64,000 nt of DNA from Octopus vulgaris (taxonomy: Eukaryota), in assembly GCA_951406725.2 (NCBI GenBank), contig OX597841.1:15376001-15440000 (forward strand), written 5' to 3'. Within the stretch, counting starts at the first letter, position 1. The number at the start of each line of letters is the position of its first letter. Under the pieces are notes generated by a model. The model was given only the letters and a program-made list of their open reading frames with translations, did not search any database and was not told the origin of the DNA. Positions 1 through 11,480 of the stretch are shown here, one piece after another. The position numbers and the translations under genes were made by a program.

Positions 1-142
1 GTAATTTGGTACTGACTCAGTGGTTGGACTTCACTACCTCATATGTTCTTAAAATTTAAATCTACATCTTTGTCTATATATCTACCTTCTCTGTAATGTT
101 GCCACGTGATTTGAAAACTTTTGTATTGATGGAAAACCTATA

Positions 143-235
143 TAATTGGCTGATGAGCACTAAGCATCTTAAATCTGTTGTAATACTTACAACTTTTAAT
201 AAAATGATGTAGTGCGAAACGATCGTACCAAATTA
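143..235 (+). ncRNA. Type I hammerhead ribozyme motif with extended stem II (Penelope-like/retrozyme type)
   Basis: taattgg-CTGATGA(150-156)-gcacta...tagtgc-GAAAC(216-220)-gatc-GTA(225-227)-ccaaatta. Stem II gcacta/tagtgc is capped by an internal hairpin gttgtaa/ttacaac. Stem III is the palindrome ACGATCGT. Stem I taattgg/ccaaatta has one bulge. Confidence 0.8.
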
Positions 236-361
236 CCAGAGTCATTCTTGTTGCTTATTTTGATTATAACCACCCCACAAATTTTTATGGATAACACCAT
301 ACAAAATTCTGGTGCATCTAAATTAAGTACCATATTCATTCGAATCTAAATTTTTGCTGAA

Positions 362-402
<41 letters not shown>

Positions 403-564
403 TAGAAAAAACCCCACCTTTTATCAATTCAAAATGAACAATTAAATTACACCATCTAGAAAATTACATATAATAGAAATATTAAAATCAATATAGCAAT
501 AAATTACCAATAATTAAGTAAATTGCAAAAAAATAATAAAAACGTATGTAATTGGTAGAATAAC

Positions 565-660
565 AACACGTGTTTCGTGACTGTATTTACGAAATGATTA
601 TAGTAAAAAAATTAAAAGTAGTAGTAAAATCACTTCGATATAAATATAGCCACTCATCAG
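565..660 (-). ncRNA. Type I hammerhead ribozyme motif; 5' arm of stem I replaced by an adjacent SINE
   Basis: Minus strand reads CTGATGA-gtggctatattta...taaatacagtcac-GAAAC-acgt-GTT. Stem II is 13 bp with one mismatch and one G-U pair; stem III is the palindrome AACACGTGTT. SINE family A sequence begins directly 5' of CTGATGA. Confidence 0.7.
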
Positions 661-754
661 AAGGCACTTGCCCAAGGTGCCACGCAGTGGGACAGAACCC
701 GGAACCATGTGATTGGTAAGCAAGCTACTTACCACGCAGCCACTCCTACGCCTA
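661..754 (-). mobile_element. SINE family A, 5' tRNA-like head fragment
   Basis: Reverse complement of ggcgtaggagtggctgcgtggtaagtagcttgcttacc...ccttgggcaagtgcc, matching the full copy at 2287. Confidence 0.85.
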
Positions 755-761
755 TACATAC

Positions 762-792
<31 letters not shown>

Positions 793-1146
793 TAACACGT
801 CAGCTCAAAGTTTACTCGTCCTGTCGAAAAGACGCCTGTCTGTGACGTCCTGTTTTCGTTATTATTATTATCATTATTGTTTTTACGTATTTTTGTATTC
901 TTATTCGTGTAACATCGTCCGTTTTTCCGTCCTTGTTTTGTATACATTCGAGGCTTTCTTCCAAGGAATCTAATGCGCTTGGCTTAGATTTTCCTTTGGG
1001 GCTGGCCAGATCGGAGCAATCTCAAGATTAATCAGCCAAAATTGCGAGGATGATCCGGTTCTTGATTGAAGATTGAAGGCTTCGAATGTCCCGTCCGTGT
1101 TTTTTGTATCGTCTTCTAAATGTTTTGCGTTCTTGTCCCAGTTTGT

Positions 1147-1212
<66 letters not shown>

Positions 1213-1244
1213 ACACACATTTATATTTTAAAAAAATTTTATTT

Positions 1245-1576
1245 TATCTAGTTTCAGCTCACGAGCTGTGGCCATGCTGGGGCACCGCCATTTGGTGTTG
1301 CTACATTATACTTCAGGAATGCTTTTTAGCAACTGCCATTTGGTGCATGAGAGAGTTCGATGCAGCTGCCCTCATCTGCACCTCCTGCCGTGAAGTTGGT
1401 TCATCCGGGACACCTGACAGGAAGAGATCCAGTCCTACTTTAAAGACATACACATCCACCCCATGGAGGTCCCTCAGGTTATTCGGGAGGATATTGAAGA
1501 GCTGTGGGCCTCTGAAGCCCAGGCTATCACAGTATCTTGTCCTACATCTTGATGGCAAATTTGGAGCTCTTGGCAT
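1245..1576 (-). mobile_element. CR1-group LINE 3' end (ORF2 C-terminus plus tail), 5'-truncated
   Basis: ORF 1313-1576 SLGFRGPQLFNILP...FKVGLDLFLSGVPDEP, then tail ggcggtgccccagcatggccacagctcgtgagctgaaacta. Same family as 56480 and 58930. Confidence 0.8.
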
Positions 1577-1677
1577 ATATATTTTCTTTTTTTATAGAAT
1601 TAGCGATAAGATCACTTTAACGTTATTATCAAGTGGCCGGTATGAAATAAAAACGTTTTAGGTAATATGTTATACTA

Positions 1678-1997
1678 AATTTATAATTATACAGATAATT
1701 ACATTAAAGGGTGCGGACTTGGTACACCTACACAATAGAAATAGATACCAAATGGCTCTATAAACCACCTCACTACTCCATTAGCATAAGTTGTAGTCGA
1801 GCAGATGTTTCATAACGCTTCGTTTCAAATCGTTCAATATATTATTGATCTGAAGGTTTTATTTTAGTTTTTTTCATCTGCCCGGTTACAGCCTGTGCTA
1901 ATGGAGTAGTGAGGTGGTTTTTAGAGCCACTTGGCATCTATTTCTAGCGGGTAGGTGTGGTAAATCAGCACCCTGTAATATAATTATCTATGCAATT

Positions 1998-2004
<7 letters not shown>
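1678..2004. mobile_element. Foldback/MITE-like element with about 130-bp imperfect inverted arms
   Basis: Left arm ...aagggtgc...aaatggctctataaaccacctcactactccattagc...gcagatg pairs with right arm catctgc...gctaatggagtagtgaggtggtttttagagccact...gcaccctgta. No coding capacity. Confidence 0.7.
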
Positions 2005-2066
<62 letters not shown>

Positions 2067-2115
2067 CATGGCCACAGCTCATGAGCTGAAACTAGAATCA
2101 ATCAATCAATCAATC

Positions 2116-2116
<1 letters not shown>
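2067..2116 (+). mobile_element. Extremely truncated CR1-group LINE 3' tail with (ATCA)n
   Basis: catggccacagctcatgagctgaaactaga followed by atca repeats; matches the LINE tail at 1245-1275. Confidence 0.6.
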
Positions 2117-2166
<50 letters not shown>

Positions 2167-2286
2167 CTCAGGAGTGGCTGTGTGGTAAGTAGCTTGCTAA
2201 CCAACAAATAAAAGAGTAAAAAGATATATATATATACACTTACATTTATATATATATGTATTATATATATTATACATATATAATAT

Positions 2287-2698
2287 AGGCGCAGGAGTGG
2301 CTATGTGGTAAGTAGCTTGCTAACCAACCACATGGTTCCGGGTTCAGTCCTACTGCGTGGCATCTTGGGCAAGTGTCTTCTGCTAAAGCCACGGGCCGAC
2401 CAATGCCTTGTGAGTGGATTTGGTAGACGGAAACTGAAAGAAGCCTGTCGTATACATGTATATATATATAAGTGTGTGTATATATGTTTGTGTGTCTGTG
2501 TTTGTCCCCCTAGCATTGCTTGACAACCGATGCTGGTGTGTTTACGTCCCCGTCACTTAGCGGTTCGGTAAAAGAGACCGATAGAATAAGTACTGGGCTT
2601 ACAAAAGAATAAGTCCCGGGGTCGATTTGCTCGACTAAAGGCGGTGCTCCAGCATGGCCGCAGTGAAATGACTGAAGCAAGTAAAAGAGTAAAAGAGT
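2287..2698 (+). mobile_element. SINE family A, full length (tRNA-derived head, internal microsatellite, LINE-like tail)
   Basis: A-box-like tggctatgtgg, B-box-like ggttcagtcc, central cttgggcaagtgtctt, internal (TA/TG) tract, tail ggcggtgctccagcatggccgcagt and gtaaaaga repeats. More than ten related copies or fragments occur in the window. Confidence 0.9.
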
Positions 2699-2710
2699 AT
2701 ACAATTATAA

Positions 2711-2751
<41 letters not shown>

Positions 2752-2769
2752 CATTTATATATTTATGTA

Positions 2770-2880
2770 TATATTCCTTTGTCCTCGAGGTTATCTTTCC
2801 GAAGGATTTCATTATAGAGTGCCTTTGCTACAGCAACATGTTTCATCGGTAGATAATACTGTGATGATATTTTCGGACAT
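2770..2880 (-). mobile_element. Probable R4/Dong-like (RLE-type) non-LTR retrotransposon fragment, zinc-knuckle region
   Basis: Minus-strand peptide CPKISSQYYLPMKHVAVAKALYNEI resembles the C-x-x-x-S...Y..RH..VAK.L motif after the CCHC knuckle of RLE-type LINEs. It is embedded between microsatellites. Confidence 0.45.
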
Positions 2881-3091
2881 GTATGCTTGTATGTATGTAT
2901 GTATGTATGTATGCATGTATGCATGTATGTATGTATGTATGAATGTATGTATGTATGAATGTATGTATGTATGTGTGTATGTATGTATGTATGTATGCTT
3001 GTATGCTTGTATGCATGTTCATTTTGTGTGGGAGTGTTTCTCTCTCCCTTTCTCTCTCTCTTTCTCTCTTTCTCTCTTTCTCTCTCTCTCC

Positions 3092-3144
<53 letters not shown>

Positions 3145-3308
3145 CATTCCTTTTTGCTCACCCCCATTTTTTCTGTACATTTTTCTTTCTATCTATCTAC
3201 CTTTATATCCATCGAACATATTGCATCACTCTTAAAAACTGACCCCGAACTCTACAACCCTCCCCCCCACACACACATACATCAATATATATCTACATAC
3301 ATGCATAA

Positions 3309-3419
<111 letters not shown>

Positions 3420-4091
3420 AACGCACTAACATGTACGCATATTATTACACACACAGTTGGTAGAGGGGGGGAACGCGCGGTCGGTTTTTTCTTTTTTTCT
3501 TGTACTTGTTCAGAACGAGGCTCTTTTTACAGAACTCGTCGTTCGAACACGAATAACACAAAGCGAATACAGTTGTAATAAAGAAAACACCACCACCACT
3601 ACAACAACAACGACAACGACAACAACAACAACTACCATGAAAAGGAAACACCGCAAACAGATATACAAAGACACCCGGCAAGCTGCACCCGAGCAAACAA
3701 GTCTCGTCTACCCGGGTATACACGCGCGTACATGACAAAATAGATACGTTATTGTCACAACGATCAACAGATGTTAACTAACGTTTGTTGGAGAAAGATC
3801 AACAGAGGAAACGTCGCTCTGTTCTTTCCTTCTTTCTTTCTTTCATTCTTTCCTTCTTTCCTTTTCCGTTTTCGTTTATCAATTAAAACGCTCTGCGACC
3901 ACTACACGCACGCATACACACACACAGACACACAGACACCCATACACACACACAGACACACAGACACCCATACACACAAACACAGAGACACACACACACA
4001 TACATGCATTCATTCATACAGATGTATATAGGTTCAGTGATGCAGACAGGAAAAATAGGACACAAAACAAGAGTGTATGTATATATAAATA

Positions 4092-4181
<90 letters not shown>

Positions 4182-4227
4182 TTCATATTTATATATACAT
4201 ACACTCTTGTTTTGTGTCCTATTTATA

Positions 4228-4284
<57 letters not shown>

Positions 4285-4480
4285 AGTAATTGAATGAATT
4301 ATCTTATTAAGGATAATTCGAAAGATAACCGATACCTGGGTAGCACATCAGAAAGAACACGGTTGAAGCTACGTCCCTAGGGCATAGACTACGTGTCTTC
4401 GTGCGGAAATTTGTATGTTTATTTTAAAATTATAAGTATATGAAAGAATGGAGTTGAACGACTCGTTAACAAATATCCTT

Positions 4481-4567
4481 TATTCTCGACATATGTTTCG
4501 AAGGCTGCATATTCCTTATTCCGAAGGAATAAGGAGTACATTATGCAGATTTCTCATCAGGAAAATC
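4481..4567 (-). ncRNA. Type I hammerhead ribozyme motif
   Basis: Minus strand: gattttc-CTGATGA-gaaatctgcata...ccttattccttcggaataagg...tatgcagccttc-GAAAC-atat-GTC-gagaata. Stem III is the palindrome ACATATGT; stem I is attttc/gagaat. Confidence 0.85.
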
Positions 4568-4701
4568 AAGGAACTTATGTCGACATCAAAATGCACAAAA
4601 AACTAAAAGTTTTTTGTGCATTTTGATGTCGACTTAAGTTCCTTGATTTTCCTGATGAAAATCTGCAGTTTTGTGCATTTTGATGCCGACTTAATTTCCT
4701 T

Positions 4702-4788
4702 GATTTTCCTGATGAGAAGTCTGCATAATGTACTCCTTATTCCTTCGGAAAAAGGAATATGCAGCCTTCGAAACATATGTCGAGAATA
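4702..4788 (+). ncRNA. Type I hammerhead ribozyme motif (inverted partner of 4481-4567)
   Basis: gattttc-CTGATGA(4709-4715)-gaagtctgcata...tatgcagccttc-GAAAC(4770-4774)-atat-GTC(4779-4781)-gagaata. Confidence 0.85.
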
Positions 4789-4823
4789 AAGGATATTTGT
4801 TAACTAGTCGTTCAACTCCATTC

Positions 4824-4893
<70 letters not shown>

Positions 4894-4939
4894 ATTAGGG
4901 CTTAGTAAAATAAATTACTTTGCCACATGAACTTAGTAG

Positions 4940-4975
<36 letters not shown>

Positions 4976-4980
4976 TAGCA

Positions 4981-5027
4981 AAAACTGTCTGATGAACGGC
5001 AACGAGAAACTCAGAGTAACAGATTTT
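4981..5027 (+). ncRNA. Compact type I hammerhead ribozyme motif
   Basis: aaaactgt-CTGATGA-acg gcaa cga-GAAAC-tcaga-GTA-acagattt. Stem I is ctgt/acag; stem III is ACTC/GAGT; stem II is short with a mismatched first pair. Flanked by (TA)n on both sides. Confidence 0.7.
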
Positions 5028-5044
5028 GTTGAGCTTAAAATAAA

Positions 5045-5094
<50 letters not shown>

Positions 5095-5309
5095 CATATA
5101 TATATTGATAGAGAGAGAGAGAGCGTGAGAGTCAACAGCTATTGAAAAGGTTGCAAGTCGCAACGAAAATTATAGAAAAATTTTAGAAAAGTAAGTAAAT
5201 GAGTGGAAATTTTACCGGTGAGTGTGTTACATTATAAGGCACAAAAAGAGAATGACCCTCCCCAGACACAACAGAATACATAAATACATTATATATCTCT
5301 CTCTCTATC

Positions 5310-5735
<426 letters not shown>

Positions 5736-6265
5736 CGTCTGGCAGAAATTGCTGTACGATTACAAATGAAAAGAAAAGCTAACTTAGAAATATCCATCCT
5801 CCTTAATTTATGCAGTCATAAAATCCGCCATGTTAATGTTTTATTCAAAATGTCTGCCACAATCGCCAGACAGACTTTGAAACTTTTAAGTGCAGATTAA
5901 CAAACAATGAAACGTTGAGCAGCTATCAAGTGACAAAGGAACCGAAGCAGATGGTGTTGTCACAGCTGGAACGCCTTCGATAATAACTATGTTCGTTCGA
6001 TAAGTCAGATTTAGATCTTATCAAACGACATTATGCGGTATAGAAGGTTTATATATATATTACCACGCAACGATATATAACTGATGTTACGGTATCATGT
6101 ATCGTCTGTCATTAAGCTGTTCCAGTCATTGGACTGCGGCCACGCTGGGGCAGCACCTTGAAAGGTATTTGTTCAATCGTTCTCTTCTCTGGAATCGCTA
6201 AGTTACTGTGTTGCAGGTATGTAAACAAAGCTATACCGTTGCCGAGCGGTGCTGAGGGGCAAACA

Positions 6266-6372
<107 letters not shown>

Positions 6373-6413
6373 GGGTATAAATATATATACTTATATATCT
6401 TTCTTCTCTTTTG

Positions 6414-6720
6414 CACTCCGTTGGTTACGACGACGAGGGTTCCGGTTGATCCGATCAACGGAACAGCCTGCTCGTGAAATTAACGTGTAAGTGGCTGAGC
6501 ACTCCACAGACACGTGTACCCTTAACGTAGTTCTCGGGGATATTCAGCGTGACACAGAGAGTGACAAGGCCGGCCCTTTGAAATACAGGTACAACAGAAA
6601 CAGGAAGTAAGAGTGAGAGAAAGTTGTGGTGATCACCACCATCCCTCCCGGAGCCTCGTGGAGCTTTTAGGTGTTTTCGCTCAATAAACACTCACAACGC
6701 CCGGTTTGGGAATCGAAACC
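6414..6720 (-). mobile_element. SINE family D (tRNA-like head remnant, distinct body)
   Basis: Minus strand ggtttcgattcccaaaccgggcg...gagcgaaaacacctaaaagctccacg...cacgctgaatatccccgagaactacgttaaggg. Segments are shared with 26135-26240 and 55875-55995. Confidence 0.7.
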
Positions 6721-7048
6721 ACTTATATATATATACAGATATATATATATATATCTGTATATACAGATATATATACGTATATGTCAATATATGTATATAT
6801 ATTATGTGAGTATATCTTTGTATGTCCATGTTTTCGCCCCTACCGCCATCACTTGACAAACGATGTTGTGTTTACGTCCCCGTAACTTAGCAGTTCGGCC
6901 AAAGGCCTTTGTAAGCCTAGTACTTTTTCCATCGGTCCTTTGGCCGAACTGCTAAGTTACGGGGACGTATATATACACACTACGGTTTTCTTTCAATTTC
7001 CGTCTAATAAATCCATTTTGGCACTGGATATGTATATACGTATGTGTG

Positions 7049-7133
<85 letters not shown>

Positions 7134-7139
7134 TATGCC

Positions 7140-7412
7140 AAAATCCTAGAAAAAATTAATATCTCCAGTTTGGCCCCCGTGCTACCCGCCCACCGCAAAA
7201 ATTGAACTCTGTACGCATAGCAACATTACGTCACAACTACTTTACCTCAACCGGTCCAGCTCTCTTTAATACCTTACCAAAATGCGTCAAAACGGACACG
7301 GATCCCATAAAATTCAAAAGTTCACTGGACAAACTTCTTCAAAGAATCCCGGACCACGCTTCTACACCCGGATATGTTTCCAACAATAATGATTGTTTGC
7401 TAGAGTGGGCTT
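7140..7412 (+). mobile_element. Second CR1-group LINE family, ORF2 C-terminus (probable 3' UTR resumes at about 7739-7830)
   Basis: Peptide RHNYFTSTGPALFNTLPKCVK...FKSSLDKLLQRIPD has the same GP.LFN.LP...FK..LD..L..IPD signature as the family at 1313. Confidence 0.7.
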
Positions 7413-7738
7413 GAAGACCCCCTTCCGTCAGACACTGACCATGGGTTTGTACCTAGAGAGTTACCCTCTGAGGCACAAGTCTGGGCAAGGTTGTTTATGG
7501 AAGACCAGCAGTCACCCATGCAGACCGACGTCCCCTCTCCACATCACCGATGTTGTCCAAGGGAAAGGCAAAGGCCGATACAGCTTGGCACCTGTGACGT
7601 CGCAACTCATTTCTACAGCTGAGTGAACTGGAGCAACGTGAAATAAAGTGTCTTGCTCAAGAACACAACACGCAGCCCGGTCCGGGATTCGAGCTCACAA
7701 CCTCACGATCGTAAGCTCGATGCTCTAACCACTGAGCC
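7413..7738 (-). mobile_element. SINE family C inserted into the LINE fragment
   Basis: Minus strand ggctcagtggttagagcatcgagcttacgatcgtgaggttgtgagctcgaatccc (tRNA A/B boxes), then gtgttcttgagcaagacac. Closely matches 17078-17297. Confidence 0.85.
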
Positions 7739-7832
7739 TAGAGTATGACTAAAAGACTTCATCACCTGGTGCTATTGAGTTAAACATAGCCTGGGCCTAT
7801 ACTGGCCTAAACCTATCAAAGTTATCCAAAGA

Positions 7833-8215
7833 ATTCAGTGCAGATGGTTAGGATATGTTGTTCAAATGAAAATATAACCGCATTCCGAAAATTCTGTATG
7901 GTGAACAAGCGAAGGAGTATCGCTGCGGAGGAAGACCTCTCCTTAAGTATAAAGGATAAGTTGAAGCAATCACTAGAATCTCAGTGATTTGGTGTAACAG
8001 CTTGAGAAAGTCATTGCCTAGATCGATCTGCATGGCGTGAAATGTCTCACTATATAATCAAAACAATTTGAGTCGAACGGACAGAACAATAGAACAATAT
8101 CTTGCAACCAACAGACACAGCTGCCCAATCTTCAGGCAAGATTAGAATCCTGAATGTCGCCATTGTGAATTCATAGCAAAATCCATTCCTGGTTCAAATT
8201 ACATTCAGACGCAGA
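7833..8215 (+). pseudogene. Degenerate RTE-clade LINE C-terminal fragment
   Basis: Manual translation across frameshifts gives QCRWLGYVVQM...NRIPKILYGE...GGRPLLKYKD, matching the RTE RWLGHV.RM...RIPK..LYGEL...GRP..R(Y/W)KD motif. Confidence 0.65.
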
Positions 8216-8260
8216 TTCGTAGTTCTTTTTCTTTCTTTCTGTTTCTCTCTTTAACTTTAA

Positions 8261-8261
<1 letters not shown>

Positions 8262-8301
<40 letters not shown>

Positions 8302-9000
8302 AGTGATGGTGATAATGGCGATGATGATGGTGATGATGATGATCATGGTGGTGACGCTGTAAATTGACCCAAGTACTTTCTCGTTTTAAAGCCCGGAACT
8401 TATTCGATCCTTATTTGGACGAACCGCTAAAATAAAAAAAACATTTTACCATCTAGTGTCCTGGACCAATTGGTTTCTGATCTAAGTTTAGCAAGTAAAT
8501 TGCATTTACCCGCTAGGTGAAATCGTCCTCAACAGGTACACCTTGGGTTAAATATATAAACACGAGGCGATCAAATTTATTTTAAAGAGCTGGACCGGTT
8601 GAGGTAAAGTAGTTATGACGTAATGTTACTATGCGTACAGAGTTCAATTTTTGTAGAGGACGGATAGCACAGGGGCCAAAATGGAGATATTAGATTTTTG
8701 TAGGAGCAACCATCATATATCACATAGTTTGATCGCCTCGTGTTTATATATTTAACCCAAGGTGTACCTGTTGAGGACGATTTCACCTAGCGGGTAAATG
8801 CTATTTACTCGCTAAACTAAAATCAGAAACCAATTGGTCCAGGAAACTAGATGGTAAAATGTTTTTTTATTTTAGCGGTTCGTCCAAATAAGGATCGAAT
8901 AAGTTCCAGGCTTTAAAACGAGAAAGTATTTGGGTCGATTTACAGCGTCACCACCACCATCATCATCATCACCATCATCATCGCCATTATCACCATCACT

Positions 9001-9049
<49 letters not shown>

Positions 9050-9050
9050 C
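8262..9050. repeat. Foldback inverted duplication, about 315-bp arms around a 150-bp spacer
   Basis: 8262-8577 ((GAT)n, a SINE-A-like piece, unique sequence ending cacgaggcgatcaaa) is the near-perfect reverse complement of 8728-9050. Spacer 8585-8705 is a reverse-complement relative of the LINE piece at 7143-7263. Confidence 0.9.
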
Positions 9051-9387
9051 CATCATCATCGCCATCATTACCATCATCATCATCATCAGCAGCAGCAGCA
9101 TCCTCATCATCAAAATTATCACCACCACCACCACCACCACTCCTTGACTCTCTCTCTCTCTTCCTCCCTTCTAGTCTTCCACTTTTTCTTTCTCTGTCGA
9201 TCTCTCCCCACACACTCTTCCTGTCTCTGTCTGTGTTTCTCTTTCTCCCCCCCCCACACACACTCTCTCTCTATCTTTCATCCTGTCTATAATTTTCTCT
9301 CTCTTCTTTCGTCTGTTTGTCTGTCTGCCTGTCTGTCTCCATCTCTCTCTGTTTCTCATACACTCTCTCTGTTCAACTATCTGTCTC

Positions 9388-10220
9388 TCCATCCATCCAT
9401 CCATCCATCCATCCATCTACCCGTTCGTCCATTCGTCCATCCTCCCATCCATCCATCTATCAACCTATCCGTCCATCCGTCCAACCATCCATCTGTCCAT
9501 CCATCCATCCGTCCAACAATCCATCAGTTCATCCGACCATCCATTCAACCATCCATTCGTCCATCCATCCGTCCATCCATCCGTCCATTTATTCGTCCAA
9601 CCATCCATTAGTCCATCCACCTATCCATCCATCCGTCCAACCATCCATCCGTCCGTCCATCCGTTCAACCATCGAACCGTCCATCCATCCATTCATCCGT
9701 CCAACAATCCATCAGTCCATCCGACCATCCATTCATCCATCCATCCATCCGTCCATCTATCTATCCGTTCATCCGTCCAACTATCCATCCGTCCGTCCAT
9801 CCGTTCAACCATCCGTCCAACCATCCATTAGTCCATCCACCTATCCGTCCATCCGTCCAAGCATCCATCCGTCCGTCCAACCATTCATCCGTCTATCTAC
9901 CTATCCGTCCATCCGTCCAACTATCCATCCGTCCATCCATCCATCAGTCCATCCGACCATCCATTCGTCCATCCATCCGTCCATCCATCCATCCATCCAT
10001 CCATCCATCCGTCCGTCCATCCGTTCAACCATCCATTCATCCAACCATCCAGCCATCCATCCGTCCATCCATCCGTCCGTGAATCTATCCACCAAGCTGT
10101 CCATCCGTCCGTCCATCTACCTATCCGTCCATCCGTCCAACCATCCATCCATCCATCCGTCCATTCACCCATCCATCTATTCATTTGCCCATCCCTCCAC
10201 CCGCCCACCCGTCCATCCGA
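9388..10220. repeat. Degenerate (CCAT/CCGT)n tetranucleotide satellite
   Basis: Direct inspection; source of the PSIH/PSIR pseudo-ORFs. Confidence 0.9.
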
Positions 10221-10578
10221 AACTGCCGGTCCTTCAGACGAGGCTAAGAAACCAACCTATGCACAATGTTCACGCAAAATTCACCAACACACACGCACAC
10301 ACACACGCCTACAAACGCACGCATACACACACATGCACACACACGCATTAAGTCAAGCACACACACACACACAAACACATGCATTCACATACACACGCAC
10401 ACGCACACACCTACAGATGCACACACACAAAAATCTCATACACACACAGGCATTCACTGAAGCACACACGAACACACACACACATACAAACACAAACACA
10501 TACAGATATGCGCATAGACGCATTCATTCAAGCCCCCCACACACGCAGACACACACACACACACATATACTCACGCAC

Positions 10579-10623
<45 letters not shown>

Positions 10624-11072
10624 CACATACATAACCACGCCAGATATGTCCTTCACCTGCTACTGGACTGCTAGTTCCTCTAAACCATGTCACACACATA
10701 CACACACACACTCACACACACAAACACACAAACAGACACAAACAGAAACACAAACAGACACACACAAACAAATGCACACACACACACACACACACACACA
10801 CAAGCACATAATACAGCTTCTCCTTATACATCATCAATCCGCCACCTGCCCATCACGTCTTCACTTCCACCTCAACCATCACAACAACAACCAGCCACTT
10901 ACCATTCTAACCGATGGTTAAAATGGAAGAAAAGAATAATAATAAGTAAATTAATAAATAAATACAGAAACGAAAACCAAATCGACATGCTAAAGCTGAA
11001 AGGCAACCAACGCGCGCTTCTTTAATAGACATACACACGTACCTGTATATATATACATACATATATATATAC

Positions 11073-11154
<82 letters not shown>

Positions 11155-11192
11155 GTACATATATATGTATGTATGTGTATATATATATATAT

Positions 11193-11225
<33 letters not shown>

Positions 11226-11416
11226 TATTTATTTATATATATATATGTATGTATATGTATGTATATATATATATATATATACATATATATACGTACATAC
11301 ACACGCATATACATATATATATATATGTATAAATATACATATATATTTATACATATATACATACATGTATGTAAATGAATACCTATATATATATATGTAT
11401 TTATATATATGTACAT

Positions 11417-11480
<64 letters not shown>

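Larger units (their letters stand above)
4437..4830. repeat. Long inverted repeat (about 165-bp arms plus a partial internal duplication) carrying two hammerheads
   Basis: tatgaaagaatggagttgaacgact...atgcacaaaaaact (4439-4604) is mirrored by agttttttgtgcattttg...gtcgttcaactccattctttcata (to 4830). 4609-4667 is a truncated extra copy. Confidence 0.9.

Noticed and set aside
4290-4335. Hairpin gaattatc/gataattc followed by GAAA
   Set aside because: No CUGANGA upstream and no stem III or GUH; not supportable as a ribozyme.
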